Below are positions 38,142 to 49,208 of a stretch of DNA of 54,135 nucleotides, piece by piece; position 1 is the first letter of the stretch, and each line of letters begins with the position of its first letter. Below the pieces are notes generated by a model, which did no database searches, had not been told where the DNA came from, and worked only from the letters and a program-made list of their open reading frames with translations. Position numbers and translations under genes: made by a program. Source of the DNA: an uncultured Eubacteriales bacterium (GTDB lineage: Bacteria > Bacillota > Clostridia > TANB77 > CAG-508); NCBI GenBank assembly GCA_949288095.1, contig CASEIX010000038.1, positions 1-54,135 on the forward strand, read 5' to 3'.

Positions 38142-39083
38142 GTGATAGAGGTAAAAAATGTTACAAAAAAGTATGGAAAAGCAGTAGCCGTAGAAGATAT
38201 AAGCTTTTCCATTAATGATGGGGAAATCGTAGGCCTACTTGGTCCAAATGGTGCTGGAAAAAGTACAACAATGAATATTCTAACAGGTTACATAGAGCAA
38301 ACATCTGGAGAAGTAGCAATTGAAGGATATAATACATTAAAGAAACCTAAAAAGGCCAAGAAACAAATAGGATATATGCCAGAGGGAGTACCTCTTTATA
38401 CAGATTTAACAGTAAAAGAATTTGTAACATATATGGCAGAATTAAAACAAGTAGATAGAAAAGTAAGAAAAGAAAAAGTTGAAAAAGTAATTGAGCAAAC
38501 AGGATTAAAAGAAGTCGAAAACAAACTAACGAAAAATTTATCTAGAGGATATAAACAAAGAGTTAGTATGGCAGGGGCTTTAGTAGGAGAACCTAAAATA
38601 TTAATACTAGATGAACCAACAGTAGGTTTAGATCCAAAACAAATTACAGAAATTAGAAATTTAATTAAAGAACTTGGAAAAACACATACAGTTATATTAA
38701 GTTCTCATATCTTATCAGAAGTTAGTCAAATTTGTAATAAAGTTATTATTATCAATAAAGGTAAGATTGTAGCAATTGATACACCAGAAAATCTAGAAAA
38801 CAAGGTAAGTAATAATAATTGTATTTATGTTACAGTAGAAGATACAGAAAATAAGATAGAAACGATGAAAGATAAAATAAAAGAAATAAAAAATATAGAA
38901 TTAGTTCAAGAAAATGAAGATAAAACAAAACAATATTTAATCGAAGCAGATAAAGATATTGATTTAAGGAAAAAGATTTTCTCTGAATTTGCAAAAGAGA
39001 ATATAACTATATTTGAGATGAAGAAAGCAGATACAACACTAGAAGATGCATTTATGAAATTAATCGAAGGAGGAAATAAATAA
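38142..39083 (+). CDS. ABC transporter ATP-binding subunit (GldA-like)
   Basis: GPNGAGKST, LSRGYKQR, LDEPTVGLDP. Confidence 0.93.
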   Translation: MIEVKNVTKKYGKAVAVEDISFSINDGEIVGLLGPNGAGKSTTMNILTGYIEQTSGEVAIEGYNTLKKPKKAKKQIGYMPEGVPLYTDLTVKEFVTYMAELKQVDRKVRKEKVEKVIEQTGLKEVENKLTKNLSRGYKQRVSMAGALVGEPKILILDEPTVGLDPKQITEIRNLIKELGKTHTVILSSHILSEVSQICNKVIIINKGKIVAIDTPENLENKVSNNNCIYVTVEDTENKIETMKDKIKEIKNIELVQENEDKTKQYLIEADKDIDLRKKIFSEFAKENITIFEMKKADTTLEDAFMKLIEGGNK

Positions 39084-39763
39084 TGTGGGCAATCATAAAA
39101 AAAGAATTTAAATCTTATTTCTTTTCACCAATAGGATATGTATTTATAGGATTATTTTTAATCATGTTTAGTATATTTTTCTATACAGACGTATTTGATT
39201 ATCAAAGTGTGAATTTTGAATATATATTTTATTCAGGTGCAACGATTTTAACATTTATTACACCAATTCTTACAATGAGAACATTGGCAGAAGAAAGAAA
39301 GTCTGGAACAGAACAATTATTATTAACATCACCAATTAGTATCACAAAAATTGTATTAGGAAAGTTTATATCAGCTACTTTAATTGTGGTAATTACGGAA
39401 CTTTGTACATTTATGTATTTTGGAATATTATCTTTTTTTGGAACACCACATTTAACGACAGCACTAGTTACTTTATTAGGATTCTTATTACTTGCTATGA
39501 GCTACATATCTTTTGGATTATTAGCTTCAAGTATAACCGAAAATCAAATTGTAGCAGGTGTTATTACAATTGGATTTTTTATCTTAACATGGTTTTTACC
39601 AAACTTTAGTGATATATTTACCAATTTTTCATTAATCAATATATTTGCTAATTTTCCATCAGGACAAATTGATATTGCAGACACAGTAACCCTTATAACA
39701 TTTACAATTATGTGTATATTGTTAACAGTTATTGTTATGCAAAGAAGAAAAAGTGTAAGGTAA
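39083..39763 (+). CDS. ABC-2 permease (GldF-like)
   Basis: KEFKSYFFSPIGY, AEERKSGTEQLLLTSP, ENQIVA. Confidence 0.88.
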   Translation: MWAIIKKEFKSYFFSPIGYVFIGLFLIMFSIFFYTDVFDYQSVNFEYIFYSGATILTFITPILTMRTLAEERKSGTEQLLLTSPISITKIVLGKFISATLIVVITELCTFMYFGILSFFGTPHLTTALVTLLGFLLLAMSYISFGLLASSITENQIVAGVITIGFFILTWFLPNFSDIFTNFSLINIFANFPSGQIDIADTVTLITFTIMCILLTVIVMQRRKSVR

Positions 39764-39771
39764 GGAGGTTA

Positions 39772-41382
39772 GTGAAGTTGAAAGAAAAAGAAGAAAAGAT
39801 AAAAAAACAAAAAATGCCAAAAGAGCAAAAAGAAAAGAAATTACCAAAAGAAGAAAAGGCAAAGATTGAAAAAGTAAAAAAAGAGAAGGAAAAAAAGGAT
39901 AAAAAAGATAAAGAAACAAGTAAATTTGTACAAAGAATAAAGAAAAAATGGTTAATTGATGGTACAAAGACAATCATATTAGTTGTATTAATTATAATGG
40001 TATTTTTAGCAATTAATGTTGGTATGCAAAGTTTAGATTTAACACCATTAGATTTTACACAAGAAAAATTATATACATTAACAGAAGAAAGTAAAGAAAG
40101 AGTAAAAAACATAGATAAAGATGTTCATATATATTTTGTGGGATATGCAGATGACGATGCAGATTTGTCACTTGCAAAACAATATAAAAGTGCCAATGAA
40201 AGAATTGTAGCAGAAGCAGTTGATGCAAATAGTAGACCAGATTTGGCAGAAAAATATGGTATAGAAACTGATTCAACAGGAATTATTGTAGAGTGTGGAG
40301 ATCGTTCAAAAGTATTAACATCAAGTGATTTAGTAACTTATGATACAACAACCTATGAAACCATTAGTATTGCTGAAGAAAAATTAACCAGTGCTATTAT
40401 ATCTGTTACAACAGATGATATTCCAAAAGTATATTTCCTAGAGGGATATAGTGATGACTTTACCTTAGATTATGGTATGAGTTATTTAAATGTATATTTA
40501 CAAAACGAAATAACAGAGGTAGAAACATTAAATATTTTATCAACAGGAAATGTGCCAGATGATTGTGACACATTAGTAATTCCTTCACCAACACAAGACT
40601 TTAGTGAAGAAGCAAAGACAGCCATTATCAATTATATTAATCGAGGTGGTAATATTCTATGGTTAAATGCAGCTATGGCAATATCCGTGGATTTACCAAA
40701 TGTAAATGAAGTATTAGCTTTATATGGAGTAAATCCTTTTGAAGTGGGCGTTATCATGGAAACAGATTCCTCAAGAATGGTAGCAGGTTCACCAAATTTA
40801 ATTATTCCAAATTTAGGATATTCAAAAATAACAGAAGATATATATAGTGATGGAGTTATTCTTGCAAACGCAACAAAAATCAATATTAATGAAGATGGAT
40901 TAGATGATTTAAATGTTGTAGAAACAGATTTAGCAACAACTAGTGAAGGTGCATATTTCAGAACAAACTTTAATAATAGTTCAACAACAGCAGTAGAAGG
41001 AGAAGAAACAGGTCCTTTTGTGGTTGGTGCAGAATTAGAAAAAACAATAACAGAAGCAAATGAAGAAACAGGAGAATCAGCACTAACATCAAGACTAATT
41101 ATTTATGGAGAAAATTATTTCATTTCAGATTATAGACTTAGACAAGATGATCAATATCCAGCAATACAAATTTCAACATATAATAAGGACTTGGTATTAA
41201 ATTCTTTGGCATATTTGACAGATAGAGAAGAAGATATTACAGCAAGAAAGAGCACAGGAACAGTAACTTATACAGCTACAGAGCAACAAGATACAATTGT
41301 TAGAATTATTATATTCGCAGTACCATCTGTTATTATTATAGTAGGTTTAATTGTATGGCAAAAGAGAAGAAGAAAAAAATAG
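39772..41382 (+). CDS. GldG-like ABC auxiliary component
   Basis: DFTQEKLYTLTEES, PKVYFLEG, YINRGG; N- and C-terminal TM; AAGGAGG before GTG 39772. Confidence 0.82.
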   Translation: MKLKEKEEKIKKQKMPKEQKEKKLPKEEKAKIEKVKKEKEKKDKKDKETSKFVQRIKKKWLIDGTKTIILVVLIIMVFLAINVGMQSLDLTPLDFTQEKLYTLTEESKERVKNIDKDVHIYFVGYADDDADLSLAKQYKSANERIVAEAVDANSRPDLAEKYGIETDSTGIIVECGDRSKVLTSSDLVTYDTTTYETISIAEEKLTSAIISVTTDDIPKVYFLEGYSDDFTLDYGMSYLNVYLQNEITEVETLNILSTGNVPDDCDTLVIPSPTQDFSEEAKTAIINYINRGGNILWLNAAMAISVDLPNVNEVLALYGVNPFEVGVIMETDSSRMVAGSPNLIIPNLGYSKITEDIYSDGVILANATKININEDGLDDLNVVETDLATTSEGAYFRTNFNNSSTTAVEGEETGPFVVGAELEKTITEANEETGESALTSRLIIYGENYFISDYRLRQDDQYPAIQISTYNKDLVLNSLAYLTDREEDITARKSTGTVTYTATEQQDTIVRIIIFAVPSVIIIVGLIVWQKRRRKK

Positions 41383-41389
41383 AAATTAT

Positions 41390-41650
41390 TTAGGAACAGT
41401 TTTCCATGTTTAAGGGAATCTTATATATATCATATAAAGTCATTACATGATTTTGTATAAGCTAAATTTTCATAGAAATTCTAAAATAAAAAAGTGAGCC
41501 TCTTTCATTGTTGCCAAAAATCATAGGCAAAATGAACATTCCTCACTTTTTTATTAAAGGATTTCTATATTCAAATTTAGATACGCAAAATCATTTCTTT
41601 TTTTATATGATATATATAAGATTCCCTTAAACATGGAAAATTGCTCCTAA
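41390..41650. repeat. 261-bp imperfect palindrome (MITE-like or long-hairpin element)
   Basis: Perfect 39-bp IR 41400-41438 / 41602-41640 plus nested inner IRs. Confidence 0.9.
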
Positions 41651-41735
41651 TAAATGGAATAAAAAGGGAAAACCCTCATAAAATATTATGAAATGTTGAA
41701 TACTGGAATATATGAAAATAAGAAGGAAGGTCAAA

Positions 41736-42761
41736 ATGAGAAAAATCTTAAAAGCCGTATTTGTGATAATAGGGACATTGATTGGTGCGGGATTTGCATC
41801 AGGTCAAGAAATTTATATATTTTTTTATCAATATGGTATTCATGGAATTTGGGGAATGCTCATCTCTAGTATATTATTAGGACTTGTTACATATAAAGTG
41901 TTAAGTATTAGTAAAGAAAATGAAGTAACAAATTATAAAAACTTTTTAAAAAAATTTATAAAACAGGAAAGACATCTAGAAATTTTTAATTCCATCATGA
42001 ACATATTTATTTTAATTACATTTTACATTATGATAGCAGGATTTGGAGCATATTTTGAGCAACAATGGGGAATACATGCTTTGATAGGAAGTACCTTATT
42101 GGCATTTATTTGCTATTTTGTATTTTTAAGAGATGTATCAGGTCTGATTAAGGTGAGTCAATATATAGTACCTTTATTAATTGGAAGTTTATTACTAATT
42201 GGTATCAATGTCATAGATTTTAAAAATATATTTGAAATTATGCATTATGTACCAGAAAATACCAGTTGGAAATGGTTCTTAGATAGTGTGTTATATGGCA
42301 GTTATAATACGATATTGCTAATCCCTGTACACATTGCTTTACGAAATCTTATCAGTAATAAAAAAGAACAAAGCATGATTTCTGTATTAACTGCTATTTT
42401 CATAATTTTGCTATCATTTATTGTCTTTTTTATATTAACAAAAATAGATGTAAATATACAAAATTTAGAAATGCCAGCAGTATATGTTACTTCGAAAATT
42501 TCACTAGTATTTGAATATATCTATGGATTTATTATTTTAAGTTCTATCCTAACAACTAGTATTTCCTTAGGAACCAGTCTATTAGAAAATATAGCACATA
42601 CGAAAAAAAGATATAAGCAATATGCAATTTTAATATGTATCAGTTCTGTTTTAGTTTGCAATATTGGTTTTTCTAATTTGGTAAACTTATTATATCCTAT
42701 ATTTGGATATATAGGATTGATTCAAATTTTAAAAATCAGTATGAGAAAAAAGAAATCATAA
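41736..42761 (+). CDS. YkvI-like membrane protein (APC-type transporter)
   Basis: IGAGFASGQEI, YGSYN, LYPIFGYIG. Confidence 0.85.
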   Translation: MRKILKAVFVIIGTLIGAGFASGQEIYIFFYQYGIHGIWGMLISSILLGLVTYKVLSISKENEVTNYKNFLKKFIKQERHLEIFNSIMNIFILITFYIMIAGFGAYFEQQWGIHALIGSTLLAFICYFVFLRDVSGLIKVSQYIVPLLIGSLLLIGINVIDFKNIFEIMHYVPENTSWKWFLDSVLYGSYNTILLIPVHIALRNLISNKKEQSMISVLTAIFIILLSFIVFFILTKIDVNIQNLEMPAVYVTSKISLVFEYIYGFIILSSILTTSISLGTSLLENIAHTKKRYKQYAILICISSVLVCNIGFSNLVNLLYPIFGYIGLIQILKISMRKKKS

Positions 42762-42891
42762 AGGAAGTGTTGTTAGTCAGTTCCTAAGTAGATATTAAAT
42801 TAGGAGAAAATAGTAGAAAAAACAGGTGCTAGCTTGCTTTTTTAAATTTAGTATAGTAGAATATCATTAACGAAAGATAAGGAGAAATAGA

Positions 42892-44076
42892 ATGAGAGAT
42901 TATTGGGAAGAACCAGAAACAAATCATAAACAAATAAATACGAAAAAAATTGTTTTATCTGTTGCTATTTCTATTTTTGTTATTGCTGTCATTGTTATTG
43001 TAGCTTTATACATTACAAACAATGAATTTAGAAATTGGATTGATGTAGAAATATTTCGAAAAGAAATTTCACAAGATGGTGTTACAACCATTGAATTAGA
43101 TGAGGGAGAAACATCAAATATATATGCATTTAACAAATATATAGGAATATTGAGCAAAAATACATTAGCTTTATATGGATCAAATGGAGAACAAGAAACC
43201 AATTTAGAAGTGCAAATTACCAATCCATTATTTAGCTCAGCAGACAGATTTTTGATTATTGGAGAATCTAATGGAAAAAAGATTTATGTCATTGAAGATA
43301 AAGAAATCGCATGGGAGAGTGAAGTAGAAGGAAATATTTCAAAAGTGTATGTGAATAAAAATGGATATGTAGCAGTTATTATGACTGGAACCAGTTATAA
43401 AAGTGAAGTTCAAGTATTTGACCCAGAGGGAAATTCTTTATTTATTTCATTTTTATCATATACAATGGCTGTGGATGTAGCTATCTCTAATGATAATAAA
43501 TATTTAGCCATTGCGGAAGTAGATACATCAGGAACGATTATCCAATCCAATGTACGAATTACTTCTATTGAAAAAGCAAGAACAGACCCAAGAAATTCTG
43601 ATGAAAATAACTATAAAAGTGAGCAAAATAAATTAATTGTTAACATAGATTATCAAGACAAAGATAGGATTGTATGTATGTATACAGATACCATTAATGT
43701 AATAGAAAATGGTCAAGAATCTGTTGTTTTTGATAACCAAGATAAAAAGATAACAGCACAATCTATTGATTTGAAAAATCATTTTGCAACCATACAAGAA
43801 GAATCTTCAGGAATTTTTTCTGCAAACTCTGTAATTAATATTATTAATGTAGACAGCAAAAATACACAAAAATATACAGTAGAGACATCTGTAAAAGAAA
43901 TGTATACAAAAGGAGATATGATTGCTTTAAATTTGGGAACAGAAGTAGAATTTATTAATACTGGTGGATGGCTTGTCAAAAGATATATAGCAAATCAAGA
44001 AGTATCAAATGTTACAGTATCAGATAATATAGCTGGCATTATTTATAGAGACAAAGTAGAAATTATTAATTTATGA
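42892..44076 (+). CDS. Membrane-anchored beta-propeller-like protein (DUF5711-like)
   Basis: N-terminal TM, repeated beta-rich blades (VYVNKNGYVAV, DVAISNDNKYLA). Confidence 0.65.
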   Translation: MRDYWEEPETNHKQINTKKIVLSVAISIFVIAVIVIVALYITNNEFRNWIDVEIFRKEISQDGVTTIELDEGETSNIYAFNKYIGILSKNTLALYGSNGEQETNLEVQITNPLFSSADRFLIIGESNGKKIYVIEDKEIAWESEVEGNISKVYVNKNGYVAVIMTGTSYKSEVQVFDPEGNSLFISFLSYTMAVDVAISNDNKYLAIAEVDTSGTIIQSNVRITSIEKARTDPRNSDENNYKSEQNKLIVNIDYQDKDRIVCMYTDTINVIENGQESVVFDNQDKKITAQSIDLKNHFATIQEESSGIFSANSVINIINVDSKNTQKYTVETSVKEMYTKGDMIALNLGTEVEFINTGGWLVKRYIANQEVSNVTVSDNIAGIIYRDKVEIINL

Positions 44077-44104
44077 TAGAGGAAAGAAAGGAATGAGATA
44101 AAAT

Positions 44105-44728
44105 ATGAGTATCGTGGTAGATATTATTATTGTTGCTATTATTTTATTATCAACGTTTTTAGCATATAGAAAAGGTTTGATTACTTTAGCAATACAATTA
44201 GTTGCCTTTGTCATTGCCATTGTATTAACATTGTTATTATATAAACCAGTTTCAAATGTTATTATCAATGTAACAGGAATTGATGAGACAATTCAAAATG
44301 CAATTTTAGAAGAAGCCAATGATATTATGACAAATGAAAAAGAAGGTGCAAATCAAGTAGTAGAAACAATACAAAATAACATGTTACCTGAAACAGCAAG
44401 AACCATTTCTATCAATATTATAGAAGGAGCGGTTATCTTAATTCTATATATTATTATAAGAATTGCATTAAAATTTGTTACGGCACTAGCAAATTTAGTT
44501 TCAAAATTACCAATTCTAAATCAACTAAATCAATTAGGTGGTATCATTTATGGAATTTTAAGAGGAATACTAATTGTATATATTGTATTATTACTTGTAA
44601 ATCTAAGTGGAGAAATAGAACCACAAAACCAGGTTTATACAGCTGTTGAAGAATCTTATATAGGAAAAATAATGAATGAAAATAATATTTTGGATATACT
44701 ATTTACAAAAGTAAGTGAAAATGAATAA
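44105..44728 (+). CDS. CvpA family membrane protein
   Basis: DIII..AYRKGLI, LNQLGGIIYGILRG. Confidence 0.85.
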   Translation: MSIVVDIIIVAIILLSTFLAYRKGLITLAIQLVAFVIAIVLTLLLYKPVSNVIINVTGIDETIQNAILEEANDIMTNEKEGANQVVETIQNNMLPETARTISINIIEGAVILILYIIIRIALKFVTALANLVSKLPILNQLNQLGGIIYGILRGILIVYIVLLLVNLSGEIEPQNQVYTAVEESYIGKIMNENNILDILFTKVSENE

Positions 44729-44840
44729 AAAATAAAATGAAAGTGGGTAAAGACAAATTCTTAAAATTTGTCTTTATTTGTTGATTTTTGATAAGATATT
44801 TGCTATACTAATTACATGATTTTTTAGGAGTGGATTATAA

Positions 44841-46253
44841 GTGAATGATAATAGAACAAACAAAAGACAAAAACCGAATAGTAAAAATACAAAAAATAAT
44901 AGAAAGAAAAACCAAAATATAAAACAAAAACCAAAAAAGAAAATGAAAATGTGGAAAAAAGTATGCTTAGTTATCTTGTTAATTTTATTAATTGCAGGTA
45001 GTGTATTTGCATATAAAGTCTATAAAAATGGAGGAGGACTATCTGGTATGTTAGCAACTGTGGTAGGACATGATGAAAACACTAGAAAAAGTCTAGGAGA
45101 ACTTCAAGTACTACTAATGGGGGTTAGTACAGATCAAGAAGGAGTTGCTTTAACAGATACGATAATTGTAGCTTCATATAATCCTAATACACAAAAAGCT
45201 GTATTATTGTCAATTCCTAGAGATTCTTTTACAGGTAAAAATACCAAAAGAGCAGTGGCATCTGACAAAATAAATGCTATTTATAACATAACAAGAGAGC
45301 CTATGGAAACAGTAGAAGCTGTCAATGAGTTAACAGGATTAGATTTACAATATTATGCAATTGTTCAAACAGAAGCATTAATCGAATTAGTAGATGCCAT
45401 TGGTCCAATTGAATATTATGTTCCAACAGATATGAATTATGATGATACATCACAGGACTTACATATTCATTTTGAAGAAGGATTACAAGAAATAGATGGA
45501 CAAGCAGCAGAAGAATTATTAAGATTTAGAAAAAATAATGATGGAACAAGTTTCCCTTCAGAATATGGTGATAATGATATAGGAAGAATGAGAAACCAAA
45601 GAGAATTTATTACAGCGGTTGTTGAACAAACAGTAAAATTAGAAAATATTACTAAATTAGGTTCTATATTAGATATTGCTAGTAGAAATTTAATAACAAA
45701 TTTAAATTTTGATGTATTAAAAGATTATTTACCATATGCTGTAGAATTTAACACACAAAATTTACAAACGGCATCATTACCAGGAAGTGTTCCTGATTTA
45801 AGTCAAACAAACAATGTGAGTATATTTGTAGTAGATAAAGAAGAAACGGAACAATTAGTAAAAGAATTATTCTATCCAGAAGAACTAACAGAAGAAGGAA
45901 CAACTGATGGAAATACAACAAACACAGCAAGCAATACTACAAATACAACTTCTAGTAGTTCAACAACTTCTAATTCAAGTGTAAAAATAGAAGTATTAAA
46001 TGGAACCAATGATGGTAAAGTACTTCAAGAAGTGGTAAATAAATTGAAAGAAGAAGGATATAATGTTTCTAGAACAGGAACAACAACTTCTACAAGTAAA
46101 ACAATCATAGCAAATAAAAAAGATGTTTCAACAACAATCATGAGTAACATAAAAGAAACCATAGGAGTGGGAAATGTTTCTGACAGTAGCGGAGGAGGAA
46201 GTTCTAGTAAAGTAGATGTAACCATTATTATTGGAAAAGATTATCAATTATAA
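44841..46253 (+). CDS. LCP-family wall-polymer ligase with LytR_C domain
   Basis: TDTIIV, LLSIPRD, KINA, LRFR, DIGRMRNQ; C-terminal IEVLNGT..DVTIIIGKD. Confidence 0.92.
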   Translation: MNDNRTNKRQKPNSKNTKNNRKKNQNIKQKPKKKMKMWKKVCLVILLILLIAGSVFAYKVYKNGGGLSGMLATVVGHDENTRKSLGELQVLLMGVSTDQEGVALTDTIIVASYNPNTQKAVLLSIPRDSFTGKNTKRAVASDKINAIYNITREPMETVEAVNELTGLDLQYYAIVQTEALIELVDAIGPIEYYVPTDMNYDDTSQDLHIHFEEGLQEIDGQAAEELLRFRKNNDGTSFPSEYGDNDIGRMRNQREFITAVVEQTVKLENITKLGSILDIASRNLITNLNFDVLKDYLPYAVEFNTQNLQTASLPGSVPDLSQTNNVSIFVVDKEETEQLVKELFYPEELTEEGTTDGNTTNTASNTTNTTSSSSTTSNSSVKIEVLNGTNDGKVLQEVVNKLKEEGYNVSRTGTTTSTSKTIIANKKDVSTTIMSNIKETIGVGNVSDSSGGGSSSKVDVTIIIGKDYQL

Positions 46254-46316
46254 AGAAATGAAAGTATATAAAAATAGGGGCAGACAAGTAAATCTTGTCT
46301 GCCTTTTAGAATATCT

Positions 46317-47567
46317 TTAAGCATTTTTCTTTTTTCTATTAGAAAAGAAGATTTCAAAAGTAACCAATAAAGCAATAAATATACCACCAATTTGTAATAC
46401 AAATTGAAGCAATTGAGAATTCTCTACATTGTGTGTTGCAACAATATCAGCTTCATAAGAAATTCCATCAATTGTATAAATCGCTTTTCCAAGTACATCA
46501 CCTTCTGCAATTGGAGCAGAAATATTAGCATTTAGTTGTATGTCAGGAATATAATTTGTTTCAAGGTCAGAATTGTTAACTAACGCATGAATACTATCTA
46601 CAAAAGCTAAATCTAAAGATTTTGTAGAAGGGGTAGCATTAGATACTTCGATAGAAGTAATAATATCTCCTGGATTTGCAATATTTTTTAAAGAAAAATG
46701 ATTAAATCCATATTCATATAAAGAAACACTATCTGTAAACCTTGAAGATGTACTATCATCTGAAAGTGTTCCACCTAATACAACACAGGTTAATTCTATA
46801 TCATTTCTATAGGCACAAGAAACTAAACATCTTCCAGCTTCTGTTGTAAAACCAGTTTTCCCTACAGTAACATAGCTATAATAATTAGGACTATCAGGAA
46901 GAATTAATTGGTTAGTAGATGTATAAGATCTCACACCTGACTGATTAGTTGCAGGAATAGAACAAGATACACTACCAGCAATTTTTCTGAAATCATCATT
47001 TTGAATACAATATTGCATAATTTTAGCTAAATCATATGCTGTCGTATAATGATTATCTTCTTGTAATCCATAAGTATTTGTAAAATGTGTATTGGTTAAA
47101 CCTAATTCATTTACTTTTGTATTCATCATAGAAACAAAGCTCTCTATAGAACCACCAACATATTCTGCTAACACATTTGCTGCATCATTTGCAGAATGTA
47201 CTAACAACATTTCCAAAAGTTGTTCAACGGTAAATTGTTCTTCACCTTGAATTTCAGCAGTTACATAACCTTCAGGGATAGACATAAGAGCATCATAACT
47301 TGCTGTTACAGTTTCATTTAAATCACAGTTTTCTAATACCAATATAGCTGTCATAATTTTTGTGGTACTTGCTGGGAACATTCTTTCATTTGCATTTTTA
47401 TCATATAACACTTTATTTGTTTCATTATCAATCAGAATTGCTGCTCTAGAGGCAATTTCTGGTGCGTCTGTATCATTATCTGTTGCATAAACAATATTCA
47501 AATTGGTAAACAATACTGCTATTAATAAAAAAGACAGTATAAGCATTTTTTTAACATGTATTTTCAT
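46317..47567 (-). CDS. D-alanyl-D-alanine carboxypeptidase (peptidase S11, DacA-like)
   Basis: ASTTK, SAN, KTG; C-terminal TM. Confidence 0.93.
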   Translation of the reverse strand: MKIHVKKMLILSFLLIAVLFTNLNIVYATDNDTDAPEIASRAAILIDNETNKVLYDKNANERMFPASTTKIMTAILVLENCDLNETVTASYDALMSIPEGYVTAEIQGEEQFTVEQLLEMLLVHSANDAANVLAEYVGGSIESFVSMMNTKVNELGLTNTHFTNTYGLQEDNHYTTAYDLAKIMQYCIQNDDFRKIAGSVSCSIPATNQSGVRSYTSTNQLILPDSPNYYSYVTVGKTGFTTEAGRCLVSCAYRNDIELTCVVLGGTLSDDSTSSRFTDSVSLYEYGFNHFSLKNIANPGDIITSIEVSNATPSTKSLDLAFVDSIHALVNNSDLETNYIPDIQLNANISAPIAEGDVLGKAIYTIDGISYEADIVATHNVENSQLLQFVLQIGGIFIALLVTFEIFFSNRKKKNA

Positions 47568-47802
47568 TTTATAAACTCCTAATAATGAATTTATTTAATC
47601 ATATAATAGTAATACTATATAGCATTTTGTCGAATTTTGCAATCCTAATTTTATTGAAAAATCGATTTTTCATATTCAACAAAAAAATTAAAAAAGCCTA
47701 ATATTATTTTATAACGAAAATATGTATATTTAGTGAAGAAAAAAGAAATTTAATATATATTGTAGGTTTATAGGTAAAACCAATTGAAAAACCTAAATAA
47801 AT

Positions 47803-48549
47803 ATGAGGAGGGAAAAGATATATTTAAATATATATCCAATAACTATGATGTATGAATTTAGTAAAAAACAAAAAATTATATTGATAATGATTGGCTCAAT
47901 AATTATCATTGCCTTTTTATACTATATCTATACTAAAGAAGATGATAACATTATTTCTACAGAAGAAAATATGATAGAAAATATAGAAGAGGATTCAGAA
48001 GAAAGTGAAGAAAACACAAAAGAAGAAATTGGTAAAATTATTGTGCATGTATCAGGAGCGGTAAATAAAGAAGGGATAGTAGAATTAGAAGAAAACAGTA
48101 GGATATCAGACGCCATTAATAAAGCAGAAGGATTAAAAGAAAATGCAGATACCAAACATATCAACTTGGCATTTAAACTAGAAGATGGAATGAAAATATA
48201 CATACCAACAATAGGAGAGAATATAGAAGGAAATGAAGCAAATGAACAAAATCAAAATACAAATATGATTGATGAAACTTCAAAGTATGTAACATCATCA
48301 AGTGGCGTGATACAAGAAGAGCAAACAAATGCGCAAAGTGAGCAAAAAAAGAATGAAAAAATTAACATAAATACAGCAACACAAACAGAATTAGAAACAT
48401 TACCAGGAATTGGTCCAGCCACTTCATTAAAAATAGTAAATTATAGAGAGGAGAATGGTAAGTTTCAAACAATAGAAGATATTAAAGAAGTTAGCGGGAT
48501 TGGTGATGCCAAATATGAAAATATAAAAGACTTGATTTGTGTGAAATGA
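47803..48549 (+). CDS. comEA: Competence DNA receptor ComEA
   Basis: TM, SLBB (VHVSGAV), ININTAT..LPGIGP HhH pair; true start may be the MM at ~47845. Confidence 0.9.
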   Translation: MRREKIYLNIYPITMMYEFSKKQKIILIMIGSIIIIAFLYYIYTKEDDNIISTEENMIENIEEDSEESEENTKEEIGKIIVHVSGAVNKEGIVELEENSRISDAINKAEGLKENADTKHINLAFKLEDGMKIYIPTIGENIEGNEANEQNQNTNMIDETSKYVTSSSGVIQEEQTNAQSEQKKNEKININTATQTELETLPGIGPATSLKIVNYREENGKFQTIEDIKEVSGIGDAKYENIKDLICVK

Positions 48550-48663
48550 CTTTATATTCTATATTTTTTTCTTATCTCTAATTAATAAAAAGGAAAAAAT
48601 GAGTTTATCCCTCACATCCCCCAAAATATCCCAAAAGAAACGTCCCCAATTGTTCCAAATTAC

Positions 48664-48709
48664 TTGACAAGGATAAAAAATCATAGTAAAATGTTAGCGT
48701 AAACTAACA
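48664..48709 (+). promoter_or_regulatory. sigmaA promoter with DtxR/MntR-type operator
   Basis: TTGACA-17-TAAAAT; palindrome TGTTAG-CGTAAA-CTAACA at 48692-48709. Confidence 0.75.
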
Positions 48710-48720
48710 AGGAGGAAAAG

Positions 48721-49194
48721 ATGAAACTAACCAATTCCCAAGAAGAGTATCTAAAAACGATATATATATTAGAAAAGAGTAATGGAAAAGTCAGGGTGAC
48801 AGATATTGCTAAAAAACTAAAAATTACAAAGCCAAGTGTCAATAGAGCCATAAAAAATTTAAGAGAACTAGACTTGGTGGAATATGAAGTATATGGAGAT
48901 ATCAATCTAACATATCAAGGAGAAGAAAAAGCAAAAGAAATCATAAAAAAGCATGACATTATAAAAATGTTTTTAGTAGATATATTAGATGTAGATGAAA
49001 AAGATGCTGAAGAAGAAGCAAAATCTATGAAACATGCTATGTCACCAGATACTACGAAAAAACTAGAAAAATACATAAGTAAAATCATGGATTTAGGAGA
49101 CTTAGATTGTGACTATGATGAAAATAATCCCAAATGTCAAAGCTGTATAAAAGTCACTATAAAAAATAGATTAAACAAGAAAATAAAGAAATAA
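48721..49194 (+). CDS. DtxR/MntR-family metal-dependent repressor with Cys-rich tail
   Basis: SQEEYLKTIY, VRVTDIA..KPSV, KKH, AEEEAKSMKH; C-terminal C-x8-CQSC. Confidence 0.9.
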   Translation: MKLTNSQEEYLKTIYILEKSNGKVRVTDIAKKLKITKPSVNRAIKNLRELDLVEYEVYGDINLTYQGEEKAKEIIKKHDIIKMFLVDILDVDEKDAEEEAKSMKHAMSPDTTKKLEKYISKIMDLGDLDCDYDENNPKCQSCIKVTIKNRLNKKIKK

Positions 49195-49208
49195 AATAGG
49201 AGGTAAAC

